From: an uncultured virus (IMG/VR IMGVR_UViG_3300043006_000086)
Taxonomy: Duplodnaviria > Heunggongvirae > Uroviricota > Caudoviricetes
IMG/VR virus record: IMGVR_UViG_3300043006_000086
Span: 1 to 64,000 of that record
Length of the DNA stretch: 64,000 nt
Direction: 5' to 3' (one strand)
The notes below the pieces were generated by a model. The model ran no database searches, had not been told where the DNA came from, and saw nothing but the letters and a program-made list of their open reading frames with translations. Made by a program: the position numbers and the translations under genes. Shown here piece by piece: positions 8,843 through 17,197 of the stretch (positions are counted from its first letter, which is position 1; each line of letters starts with the position of its first letter).

Positions 8843-9220
8843 TTACTCCTCCTCCTCAATTTCCGCAAGCTTGAAGTAAGCTTTTCTCTTTTCCTCAAAT
8901 CTGATAACTTTACCTTCATCTTTGAGCTGTCTAACAAGGGCTGTTACTTTCTGGTTTGCTAAACCTTCCAGTTCCGGAATTTCCTTCATCATCTGGGAGA
9001 TTGTAGCGGAAGCACCGCCTGCAAGATGAGTAAGGATAACATTTTTCAGACCTTCATTAGCAGTCTGGGTAGCAGTCGGCTTGCGCTCTGCTGAATTTTT
9101 CTTAATGGTCTGCTCAAGAATTTTCTCAAGCTTTGTAACTGCTTCTTCATTACCTGTTGCTCTAACTGCTTCGATTGCGATTTCAAGGGCTACTTTGTTT
9201 GTCATTTTGTTGTTCATCAT
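8843..9220 (-). CDS. Winged-helix DNA-binding-like protein, copy 1 of 3
   Basis: ATISQMMK...ANQKVTALVRQLKDEGKVIRFEEKRKAYF wHTH pattern. Confidence 0.8.
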   Translation of the reverse strand: MMNNKMTNKVALEIAIEAVRATGNEEAVTKLEKILEQTIKKNSAERKPTATQTANEGLKNVILTHLAGGASATISQMMKEIPELEGLANQKVTALVRQLKDEGKVIRFEEKRKAYFKLAEIEEEE

Positions 9221-9344
9221 GGTATCTACCTCTTTCTTTCTTTTTTTTATTTGTTTTCTTTGTTCTTTATGTATTTATTATATCATGGGTTATTAGGTTT
9301 GTCAAGCTTTTTTTTTATTTTTTTTTGGATTTTTGTTTGGGGAT

Positions 9345-9707
9345 TCAATCCCCAAACATTTCCTTTACTTTGATAACTTTCTCATACTCGATGTCGAAAT
9401 TTCTCCATTCACCAGAAGGCGAATAGTAGTAATGCCCAATTGATGGGGTCAAACCATTGTAATCATCAAAAGGATTAGAAAGACCTTCTTCCTCTCCCCA
9501 ATACTGGATAAACAAAGCGGCTTCTTCGGTCTTAGTTCCGATGAAGTAGGCATCTTCTAATCTCTCAACTGAATTACCTTCTTCATCTGCTAAAGTGAAC
9601 TGTCCAACAACCGCATTCAGTGCAAGCTGAAATTCATAGTTTCTGCATTCATCTTCATCCCAGAACTGTGCTCCATCATTAGCTTCATAGTAAGTTACTT
9701 CCTTCAT
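9345..9707 (-). CDS. Acidic hypothetical protein
   Basis: Start moved to MKEVTYYEA after AAAGGA SD. Confidence 0.8.
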   Translation of the reverse strand: MKEVTYYEANDGAQFWDEDECRNYEFQLALNAVVGQFTLADEEGNSVERLEDAYFIGTKTEEAALFIQYWGEEEGLSNPFDDYNGLTPSIGHYYYSPSGEWRNFDIEYEKVIKVKEMFGD

Positions 9708-9764
9708 TTTATCAATTCCTTTCTTCATTTGATGTATTTATTATATCATGGGTTCGGGGTTTTG

Positions 9765-9941
9765 TCAACCCCCAAATCCAAACTTTTTAGCGATTTTTTT
9801 ACATCTCGCTATTCTTGCTTCTTCATTACCGCTTTCCATCTGGAAAGTAGTGTACTTTACTTTAAAAGGATGTCCAGAAGCAACCGCTTCTGCATAGCTT
9901 GTGGTTTCAACTCCATTTACCAAATAAGATACTTTTGTCAT
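9765..9941 (-). CDS. Hypothetical protein
   Basis: MTKVSYLVNG; its TGA stop lies inside the next promoter's TTGACA. Confidence 0.7.
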   Translation of the reverse strand: MTKVSYLVNGVETTSYAEAVASGHPFKVKYTTFQMESGNEEARIARCKKIAKKFGFGG

Positions 9942-9942
9942 T

Positions 9943-10152
9943 TTACATTTCCTCTCTTTCTTCATTTGATGTAATCATTATAACATAGATTTGAGGGTCT
10001 GTCAATAGTTTTTTTAACTTTTCTCGATTTTTTCTTCTAGCTGACCGCTTTACCATGCGGGCGTCTTTTGCCCTGTTCCGATTATGAACACATTTTGCGT
10101 TGATGTCCCAACAGGTAAAGCCCACCATTGTTTCTCTCTTAAAAGCATCCAT
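9943..10152 (-). CDS. Basic hypothetical protein
   Basis: GGAGG SD; C-terminus runs through the next promoter. Confidence 0.65.
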   Translation of the reverse strand: MDAFKRETMVGFTCWDINAKCVHNRNRAKDARMVKRSARRKNREKLKKLLTDPQIYVIMITSNEEREEM

Positions 10153-10272
10153 TGTTTGTTCCCTCCTTTACTTTCTAAAGAAATTATACCAAAATTTTGG
10201 GAAAATGTCAATTCCGGAATATTAACCAAAATTTGAGAAGAAAATTTGTATAGATTGACTATTGACGAAAAA

Positions 10273-10331
10273 CCGGCCGTCGCATGCGACCACGGCCGGC
10301 CAATTATACTACATCTTCTGGAATTTGTCAA
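10273..10331 (-). promoter_or_regulatory. GC palindrome H1 with a promoter firing into it
   Basis: CCGGCCGT-N11-ACGGCCGG (10273-10299); minus TTGACA(10331)-N17-TATAAT(10308). Confidence 0.8.
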
Positions 10332-10371
10332 GTAGTAAAATTGCATAAAAAAAAGAAGCCCGAAGGCTTCT

Positions 10372-10572
10372 TTAACTGTAGAAGTATGCGGCTTCCCTCA
10401 TTTCCTCCTCTGTACATTCCACATGACACATGTCAGTTGCGTATGCGGCGACTCCTACCCAGCTTCCGGGCTTACATCTTGCATTTGCAAGATGCTTAGC
10501 ATCTCGAGCCTTTTCATTCTCAATCATTCTCGCAAGCGTTAAAGAAGTATTTACCAAACCACGAACATCCAT
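10372..10572 (-). CDS. Hypothetical protein
   Basis: ORF track; GAGAGG SD; terminator at about 10346-10373. Confidence 0.7.
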   Translation of the reverse strand: MDVRGLVNTSLTLARMIENEKARDAKHLANARCKPGSWVGVAAYATDMCHVECTEEEMREAAYFYS

Positions 10573-10629
10573 TTCATTTTCCTCTCTTTCTTTTTGATAG
10601 AATCATTATATCATACCTTTTGGTTAATG

Positions 10630-10830
10630 TCAATAAGAATTTTCATAATCCACAACCATTTCTTTATATCTGCCGGAAATCGTATTTCTAAGAATCCGCC
10701 ATACTCTCCAAATGGGATTTCCACCCGTAAAAGCTGAATGATAAACACTCTTGAAATTGTTTAAAGATTTTCTTTCCGTCCACGCTTTAAGTGCATGGTA
10801 TGTACTTGCTTTAATGTTCCATTTTGCCAT
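10630..10830 (-). CDS. Hypothetical protein
   Basis: ORF track; stop overlaps the next -35 box. Confidence 0.7.
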   Translation of the reverse strand: MAKWNIKASTYHALKAWTERKSLNNFKSVYHSAFTGGNPIWRVWRILRNTISGRYKEMVVDYENSY

Positions 10831-10914
10831 TTTTCTTTTCCTCTCTTTCTTTTGATACTGTTATTATACCATAGCGTGGACTAGTTGTCAACCCCCTTTG
10901 GGGGAAACTGAGGA

Positions 10915-11292
10915 TTATTCCTCAGTTTCAGTGTTAAGGTAAAAGTATACCTTTCTCTTTTCCTCAATTCTGATGACTACGCCATCTTCTTTGAGCTGTC
11001 TCACAATAGCGGAGACTTTCTGGTTAGACAGCCCCTCAAGGCTTGCCACACCTTTCATAATCTCTGTTACTGTCGCTCTCTTGCCATCAGACAGGAAAGC
11101 TACAATGTCTGCTTTCAGACCTTCATTAGCAACCTGCGTTGCTGTCGGTTTTCTCTCCGCAGAGTTCTTTTTAACAGTCTGCTCAAGAATTTTCTCAAGC
11201 TTTTCAATAACCTCTGTATTCGGGGTTTCCTGTGCTCCCAGAGTTGCGATTGCGATTTCCAGTGCCTTTTTGTTAGTCATTTTGTTTGTCAT
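10915..11292 (-). CDS. Winged-helix DNA-binding-like protein, copy 2 of 3
   Basis: MTNKMTNKKALEIAI...KKNSAERKPTATQ...SNQKVSAIVRQLK. Confidence 0.8.
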   Translation of the reverse strand: MTNKMTNKKALEIAIATLGAQETPNTEVIEKLEKILEQTVKKNSAERKPTATQVANEGLKADIVAFLSDGKRATVTEIMKGVASLEGLSNQKVSAIVRQLKEDGVVIRIEEKRKVYFYLNTETEE

Positions 11293-11394
11293 AGTATCAA
11301 TTCCTTTCTGGTTTTTAGAACTTTTTCCTTGTTCCTTTTGATGTTTTTATTATATCATGTTTGATAATGGTTGTCAAGAGGTTTTTGAAAAAAC

Positions 11395-11518
11395 TTTTTT
11401 GGGTGCTTTGCTTAGGTAAGTCTTGTTTATTTGATTGAATAGTTGGTTCCTTGCCATTCTTCAACTGGAAACCGCTTACACTCTAAGCAACTGTTTGGTT
11501 TTTCTCAACCTCTGTGAC
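11395..11518 (-). ncRNA. Candidate structured small RNA
   Basis: Consensus promoter 11522-11550; no SD-led ORF; TTGCTTAG-agt-GTAAG pairs with CTTAC-CTAAGCAA; internal GGTTTC/GGAACC stem. Confidence 0.4.
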
Positions 11519-11559
11519 TCCATTATAACACTCTCAGCTAAGATTGTCAAGTGTTTTTT

Positions 11560-11613
11560 TTTATTTCATCTTCTGGATTTTCGAGGAGCGCTCAACTCGT
11601 TTTCCTTCTTGAT
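11560..11613 (-). ncRNA. Candidate small RNA or empty cassette
   Basis: Promoter 11620-11648; nested CATC/GATG, GGA/TCC, CGAG/CTCG pairings; no ORF. Confidence 0.3.
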
Positions 11614-11664
11614 GCTTTTATTATATCATAGCTTGAAGTGTTTGTCAAGAAGTTTTTTTTATTT

Positions 11665-11742
11665 TTTTTTGAAGATGGCTCTTCCGACCGCCAATTACAA
11701 CCTATCCAAGTTCGACTGTTAGGCAACTTCCTTCTTGACTAT
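11665..11742 (-). ncRNA. Candidate small RNA or empty cassette
   Basis: Promoter 11749-11777; GAAG/CTTC closing a junction with GCCTA/TAGGT and TGGC/GCCA stems; no convincing ORF. Confidence 0.3.
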
Positions 11743-11875
11743 GTACTTATTATAGCACATCTGGTTTAGTTTGTCAAGAGGTTTTTTTTATTTTTTTTCT
11801 TTCGGCTTCTGGAAGCCTTTCCCTCCTGACAGTTATTATAATATCACATCTACCCCTAGAATACAATTGGTAAAA

Positions 11876-11905
11876 TGCACAAATTTTGGGAAAAATATTT
11901 GTGCA
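11876..11905. promoter_or_regulatory. TGCACAAA-N14-TTTGTGCA operator-like site
   Basis: Perfect 8-bp inverted repeat with 14-nt spacer. Confidence 0.75.
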
Positions 11906-11924
11906 GTTTTTTCACCGGTTTTGC

Positions 11925-11988
11925 TTGACAAAATGCTGAAGCCTGTGGTATAATCGAAATTCTGGCCGCGTCAGTGGAAAGCGGCCAG
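11925..11988 (+). promoter_or_regulatory. Antisense promoter firing into GC palindrome H2
   Basis: TTGACA-N18-TATAAT (extended TG), then CTGGCCGC-N11-GCGGCCAG (11962-11988). Confidence 0.75.
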
Positions 11989-12013
11989 CCCAATTATCGG
12001 GCTGACCTTAGGC

Positions 12014-12298
12014 TTACAGCTGATAGCCTAAGCCTTTCAGCAGGTCAATTAGCTGTTCACTCTTGGTGTACTGACGATGGTTCGGGATGAGTACAGCGGC
12101 TACCACCTCAGCTTTGTATCCGGTGTCGAACTCCGGATCATCCAGAGCCTCCTGAGGAGTCATGAACTGGATGCGGTTGATGATGGTCACGTTGCCATCG
12201 GCGTCATTCGCATCGAGGAAGTCAGCCGCCTCAAACGGGTCAGCGAACAGTGCGTTGTATTCAGCTCCATTGATTGTCATGTAATATTTGTCTAACAT
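12014..12298 (-). CDS. Acidic hypothetical protein with atypically high GC
   Basis: Start MLDKYY after GAGAGG SD; ~55% GC in the core by hand count. Confidence 0.75.
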   Translation of the reverse strand: MLDKYYMTINGAEYNALFADPFEAADFLDANDADGNVTIINRIQFMTPQEALDDPEFDTGYKAEVVAAVLIPNHRQYTKSEQLIDLLKGLGYQL

Positions 12299-12440
12299 TT
12301 TCATTACCTCTCTTTCATTTGATAAGACTATTATAATGCCTACGTGCCATTTTGTCAACCCATTTCGGGAAATTCGTTTAAAAAATTTTGCACAAAGATT
12401 TCCAAAAGAAAAACTCTGAACTATACAAACTGCACAAAAA

Positions 12441-12500
12441 CCGCCCCGCGCAAGCGTAATCGGGCGGCCCAATTATACTTCACCTTTTGGATTTTGTCAA
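12441..12500 (-). promoter_or_regulatory. GC palindrome H3 with a promoter firing into it
   Basis: CCGCCC...GGGCGG 27-bp unit (12441-12467); minus TTGACA(12500)-N17-TATAAT(12477); TGCACAAA copies at 12431, 12510, 12535, 12561. Confidence 0.75.
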
Positions 12501-12565
12501 TAGGCAAAATGCACAAAATTTTGATTCGTCATTTTGCACAAAAACGTGCTTTGTGCAAATTGCAC

Positions 12566-12603
12566 AAAAAAAATGACCCCTATTTTCTGGGGTCATTTTT
12601 TTT
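12566..12603. terminator. Bidirectional intrinsic terminator
   Basis: A-run ATGACCCC-N8-GGGGTCAT T-run. Confidence 0.8.
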
Positions 12604-12748
12604 AAACCAGCTGTAAGGTAAAGCGGTTTTCATGTTCCAACAGATGCGCCTGTATTGCGCTTTTACCCTTTGCGAGAATCTCACCTGTTTCTAAATCCAA
12701 AAGAATGTTATCTGCATTTTTGTCGATTACTAAACCGAAATGTTTCAT
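12602..12748 (-). CDS. Small hypothetical protein (48 aa, below ORF-track cutoff)
   Basis: AAGGAG SD; MKHFGLVIDKNADNILLDLETGEILAKG... Confidence 0.7.
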   Translation of the reverse strand: MKHFGLVIDKNADNILLDLETGEILAKGKSAIQAHLLEHENRFTLQLV

Positions 12749-12794
12749 GTTTTTATCTCCTTTGCGCTTTTCCTATTTTTTGGTTTTTCGCCCC

Positions 12795-13163
12795 CTATTT
12801 TCTGGGGGCGCTCAAAACCACTTTGTATTTTGTATCATGGAAGTGAAAAACAAACTCTCTTTCTGGGTTCGCAACTTCATCAACCGCAATTCCCAAACTG
12901 TCAGACAACGCTTGAATCATGGTTGAAACCAGTTCTTCCTTGTCTGGATTCTTTTTCTTTTCCCTCTTGGAAGTATCAAACTTATAAGCTGTCACCTTTC
13001 TTTCAACCTGTCTTGCTTTCTTGGAAGCTTTTTCCTGTTCCTTAGATAAATCAAAAAGCTTTTCGCCTTTATCAATCCGCTCATCATCTTCAATCAGCTG
13101 AATTGCTTCTTCTCTTGTTAAACCGAGCAATTTCATTTGCTTTGCAATCAGTTTTTCATTCAT
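12795..13163 (-). CDS. Hypothetical protein, partner of wHTH (paralog of 8333..8743)
   Basis: KQMKLLGLTREEA, TAYKF, EREFVF motifs. Confidence 0.85.
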   Translation of the reverse strand: MNEKLIAKQMKLLGLTREEAIQLIEDDERIDKGEKLFDLSKEQEKASKKARQVERKVTAYKFDTSKREKKKNPDKEELVSTMIQALSDSLGIAVDEVANPEREFVFHFHDTKYKVVLSAPRK

Positions 13164-13257
13164 GCTGTTTTATCTCCTCTCTTTAGCTTATACTTTATTC
13201 TATCACAGCCGATTGAGATTGTCAAGGGGAAATTTGCATTTCCCCTTGATTTTTTCT

Positions 13258-13641
13258 TTACTCTTCTTCCTCAGAAGAGTTGTAAGCGAAATACGCTTTC
13301 CGCTTTTCCTCGATTCTCACAACCAGATTTTCCTCTTTCAGATTTCTCACAAGAGCGGTTACTTTCTGGTTAGCAAGACCCTCGAGTTCCGGAACTTCTT
13401 TCATCAGTTCCGAAATTGTCTTTTTCTCACCTGTCGCTTTCAGATAAGCGAGAATGTTTTCTTTCAGACCCTCATTTGCGGTCTGAGTTGCTGTTGGCTT
13501 TCTCTCAGCCGAGTTTTTCTTGATTGTCTGTTCAAGAATTTTTTCCAATTTCTCGATAACCTCTGTATTAGGAGTTGCCTGAGCGTTCATAACCTCGATT
13601 GCGATTTCCAGTGCTTTTTTGTTTGTCATTTTGTTTGTCAT
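13258..13641 (-). CDS. Winged-helix DNA-binding-like protein, copy 3 of 3
   Basis: Highly similar to 8843..9220 and 10915..11292. Confidence 0.8.
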   Translation of the reverse strand: MTNKMTNKKALEIAIEVMNAQATPNTEVIEKLEKILEQTIKKNSAERKPTATQTANEGLKENILAYLKATGEKKTISELMKEVPELEGLANQKVTALVRNLKEENLVVRIEEKRKAYFAYNSSEEEE

Positions 13642-13864
13642 AATACCTACCTCTTTCTTTCTTTTAATTTTTATTTTGTTTTCTTTATGTATTTATTATA
13701 TCATAGGGTTTTATGTTTGTCAAGACTTTTTTTTTTATTTTTTTTTTCTTTTTTTTTATTTCACTCTTGACTTTCCTTCCCTTGCTACTCTTTAATGATA
13801 CCACAGGTTGACTTGTTTGTCAAGCTTTTTTTTTATTTTTTTTTCGCCGTCCTTGTGGGCTTGT

Positions 13865-14563
13865 TTAAGCCCACAACTTCCGAACCATTTTCTTGTGCTG
13901 TTTAAAACAGTATGCAAGAATTTCTTTTTCAATTAAAACATCTTCTAAACCAGTGTGGTTTTCAGAAAATTCATTGTTTTTTGAAATAAATCTGTAAAGG
14001 ATTTCAGCGGTAAACCGAAGTCTGCCATTTTTGGTCAAATAACCATTTTCTTCACAAAATTTCTGATAAGTTGGCATTTTTCCAATAACCTGTCTTGACA
14101 TTTTCAAAGTGTCGCAAATTTCAGTTCCATAAGGAAAGAAAAACCGATATTTTGATTTTGTCAGCCATCTTTGCGTATTATTTAAAGTTCCATAGTCAAA
14201 ACGCATGTTGTGCGCATAGACTTCTTTTACCTCATAGAGTTTCATGTCATCTGCAAGCTGTTTTCTGATTTCATAGAAACTTGCAACAACTCTTTTGCCC
14301 TCTGCAATTTCCTTTTTATACATCGGAATTTTTTTTGCATAATAGCTTGACTTCATCAGCTCTTTTTCTTTATTGAAAATTTCATCAACAACAAAACTTC
14401 TTGCTACATACACAACACCCCTTTTATCAACTACCGCCCAACCTATATCATAGGAAAACATGTTGCTAGGAAGAACATCTTCCAGAGTATTGTCAAGCGG
14501 ACAACTCTCGCAATCTAAAACTACCTTGTAACTAATTCTTCTGTCAATTTTTTTCTGCTCCAT
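13865..14563 (-). CDS. DEDDh 3'-5' exonuclease (DnaQ-like)
   Basis: ExoI VVLDCES, ExoII AHNMRFD, ExoIII HTGLED. Confidence 0.85.
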   Translation of the reverse strand: MEQKKIDRRISYKVVLDCESCPLDNTLEDVLPSNMFSYDIGWAVVDKRGVVYVARSFVVDEIFNKEKELMKSSYYAKKIPMYKKEIAEGKRVVASFYEIRKQLADDMKLYEVKEVYAHNMRFDYGTLNNTQRWLTKSKYRFFFPYGTEICDTLKMSRQVIGKMPTYQKFCEENGYLTKNGRLRFTAEILYRFISKNNEFSENHTGLEDVLIEKEILAYCFKQHKKMVRKLWA

Positions 14564-14732
14564 TTCTTTTTACCTCTCTGTTCTTTATGTATTTATTATA
14601 TCATGGAGTAGGAAGTTTGTCAAGCATTTTTTTTATTTATTTTTATTTTTTTTTTGTTTGCTCTTGACTTCTGTTCCCCTCAACTGATAAACCTATTATA
14701 AGCCTTTTCATCATAGAATACAATAGGCAATC

Positions 14733-14826
14733 TGCACAAAGATGATAGAAAATTTTTGTTAATTCTGCCAGGAGTAAAAGTTGCACAAAGTTTTGCCATG
14801 AAGTTTGTGCAGGTTGCCCATTGACA
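14733..14826. promoter_or_regulatory. Two tandem TGCACAAA-N14-TTTGTGCA-type sites
   Basis: 14733-14762 degenerate right half; 14782-14811 perfect; TTGACA 9 bp downstream. Confidence 0.75.
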
Positions 14827-14893
14827 CGCCCCAGGCTAGCAAAGTGCCCAATTTCGGGAGAATTTAAGCGAGAAAATTTGTGCAACTTTTCGC

Positions 14894-14988
14894 TTGACAA
14901 AAGCTGAGCCGTGTGGTATAATGGAAATTTCGCCGGCCCAGGTGCGTGGCCGGCGCGCCATTTTACATCATCTCCTGGAATTTGTCAA
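14894..14988. promoter_or_regulatory. Convergent promoter pair facing GC palindrome H4
   Basis: Plus TTGACA-N17-TATAAT; CGCCGGCC-N9-GGCCGGCG (14931-14955); minus TTGACA-N17-TAAAAT. Confidence 0.8.
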
Positions 14989-15062
14989 TAGGCAATTTAG
15001 ACAAAAATTTAGAGTCAAGTTTATGCAACTTGACTCTTGACTTTTTACTTTTATTTGTCCCT

Positions 15063-15272
15063 TTAATCCTCGTAGAAATTCACTGGATAAATCTGCTCAT
15101 CGTAGTAATAGCCTTCTTCTTCCATCTGTTGGCGCGCTTCTTCTTTTTCTTTTTCCTCGCTCTCTTTAAACCGATAGTTTAAATAATAGGTTTCAAAGGC
15201 TTGCATTGCTAACTCTTTTGTTGCGTACGCTCCAATGTCTCCATCACTATCCCAAACGTAAATTCTTTTCAT
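15063..15272 (-). CDS. Acidic hypothetical protein
   Basis: ORF track; GAGGT SD; own promoter. Confidence 0.75.
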   Translation of the reverse strand: MKRIYVWDSDGDIGAYATKELAMQAFETYYLNYRFKESEEKEKEEARQQMEEEGYYYDEQIYPVNFYED

Positions 15273-15338
15273 TGTATCAACCTCTTTTCTTTTTTCTTTA
15301 TTATACCACTGTTGACGCCCCCTGTCAAGGGGAAATTC

Positions 15339-15779
15339 TCAGAAGCTTCTGAGAATTTCCATGATGTTCTGAACATCGAAAGCATTTGCGCCCCATTCTG
15401 TTCTGTTTCTTTCTTCATCATCAAACAGGAAACCTGTTCTGTCAGATACTACCGAACTTTTTGGTGTTCCATAAGTGACAATTTTGATTTCATCCCATTC
15501 AATACTCGGAAGATGTTTAGCAAGCCATTTCAGCTTTGTTGCGGTAACTTCTGCATTGAACTCTGGTGAACCACTCTTGGAAAGCCATGATACAATTCCG
15601 ATTCTGTAACCGCTGTTCTGCAATCTGTGAAGCTGTCTTGCGAAACTTGAAAAGTTTAAAAGCGGTTTTGCAATTTCATAAGGTCTTGTGTTCGAGTTCA
15701 TTAAATCTTCCAGCCATCCCTCTACTCCATAGAAGTTTGCGATTGTTCCATCCATGTCGAAATAAATTGTTCTTGTCAT
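15339..15779 (-). CDS. HAD-superfamily phosphatase / 5'-nucleotidase-like
   Basis: IYFDMDGT motif I; K and LFDD motifs III/IV. Confidence 0.8.
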   Translation of the reverse strand: MTRTIYFDMDGTIANFYGVEGWLEDLMNSNTRPYEIAKPLLNFSSFARQLHRLQNSGYRIGIVSWLSKSGSPEFNAEVTATKLKWLAKHLPSIEWDEIKIVTYGTPKSSVVSDRTGFLFDDEERNRTEWGANAFDVQNIMEILRSF

Positions 15780-15859
15780 TTTATCTACCTCTTTCTTTCT
15801 TTCTTTTGATAATATTATTATAACCTATTTTTTGGTAATTGTCAAGTATTTTCTTTTAA

Positions 15860-15979
15860 CTATTTTAAAGTTATTTTATAGCCATTAGCATCCTTTTCTA
15901 CCACATACAAGAACTGATTTTCTTTTAAATACTTTTCTGCCTTTTCAAAAGCTTCCTTAGTTGTGTACAAGATTGACAT
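15860..15979 (-). CDS. Small hypothetical protein (39 aa)
   Basis: GAGAGG SD; MSILYTTKEAFEKAEKYLKENQ... Confidence 0.55.
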   Translation of the reverse strand: MSILYTTKEAFEKAEKYLKENQFLYVVEKDANGYKITLK

Positions 15980-16034
15980 TTCATTTACCTCTCTTTTAAG
16001 TTATACCTTATTCTATCACAATCTTTTTAGTTTG

Positions 16035-16649
16035 TCAAGAGGCTTTTTTAAAAGCCCCTTGAAAATAACTCTGATAAATTTTATCAGCTTCGATTAAATC
16101 AAAGTTCGTATTGATAAATCTGTCATTCTTTTTAAAAGAATTTGGATATCTTCTAATGTAAATTGAACGAAAATAGCTTTCTAACCCCTCTGCCGGAAAA
16201 TCCATACAGTCATACACTCTGTGAATCACTGCCCTAACCGCGCCCATCTTTTTGTAAGTATCACTGTTTAATTCCTCTGTTAATCTTTTTCTAATTTCTC
16301 TAGTCGTAGTTCCAACTTTTGAACACAATACGTTGTCATTATCATCGAAAAAGGTAAATAGATAACATTTTTGTTTTGCTTCATCCAGAAGTGATGGACA
16401 GTCAGAAGAAACTAGAATCTTTTCAGTATTTTTTGTTTTTCTTTTGGTTTCAATCTGACTAATTTCTTTTACCGCATTCTCGAAGGGGTCAAGAATATAT
16501 TTTTTTGCTAACTCTTTGCAGTGTTCAAAAATTGTCTTGCAAACTTCAAACCATTTCTTCTTCCAGTTCTTTGAAGTGTTTTCAAGTCTTTCTTTTGCGC
16601 CTTCAAAATCATCATTTTTTACATACCAATCCATTGATTTATTTGCCAT
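16035..16649 (-). CDS. Protein with GIY-YIG / T5orf172-like C-terminal domain
   Basis: CYLFTF...SKVGTTTREIRKRL...LESYF pattern; start moved to MANKS. Confidence 0.5.
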   Translation of the reverse strand: MANKSMDWYVKNDDFEGAKERLENTSKNWKKKWFEVCKTIFEHCKELAKKYILDPFENAVKEISQIETKRKTKNTEKILVSSDCPSLLDEAKQKCYLFTFFDDNDNVLCSKVGTTTREIRKRLTEELNSDTYKKMGAVRAVIHRVYDCMDFPAEGLESYFRSIYIRRYPNSFKKNDRFINTNFDLIEADKIYQSYFQGAFKKAS

Positions 16650-16717
16650 TTCTTTTTTCCTCTCTTTCATTTGATAATGTTATTATAGCACCGAACGTGC
16701 GGTTTGTCAACACTTTT

Positions 16718-16921
16718 TTATTTATTTACGATTTTGTCAAGTAAAATTCCCAGATAGTATTCTGTAAAGGTACATGGACGCATTACAAAATCTTCTTTAT
16801 TCCATTTATCATACTTAAGCGCCATTTTATTAAGCATCTGCTGTTTATTCCGAATTGGATATTTTGATTTAATAAAATAATTATTTGAATCCCCAGTAAT
16901 TTTGACTAATCCGTAATACAT
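16718..16921 (-). CDS. Hypothetical protein
   Basis: Start MYYGLV after GAGAGG SD. Confidence 0.7.
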   Translation of the reverse strand: MYYGLVKITGDSNNYFIKSKYPIRNKQQMLNKMALKYDKWNKEDFVMRPCTFTEYYLGILLDKIVNK

Positions 16922-16941
16922 TCTGTTTACCTCTCTTTCTA

Positions 16942-17130
16942 TCAATTATTATACTCTAACTCTTTCAACCTGTCAAGAGTTTTTTCAATATTTTTCTGAT
17001 ATTTATGTGTTCGATTCTCTCGACACCATTCACATGAGCCATGATTCCGACATTGACAATCAATTGCCTTTGCTCCTCTATACATTTTTCTATGTTCTTT
17101 TCCGCTCATTATTGCCTTTTCCATGCTCAT
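16942..17130 (-). CDS. Small Cys/His protein (CRNHGSCEWC motif)
   Basis: Start MSMEKAI after GAGGAG SD. Confidence 0.75.
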   Translation of the reverse strand: MSMEKAIMSGKEHRKMYRGAKAIDCQCRNHGSCEWCRENRTHKYQKNIEKTLDRLKELEYNN

Positions 17131-17197
17131 TGTTTTATCTCCTCTCTTTTGATACATTTATTATAACAGAAGGGGTTGAACTTGTCAACCCCTTTTT

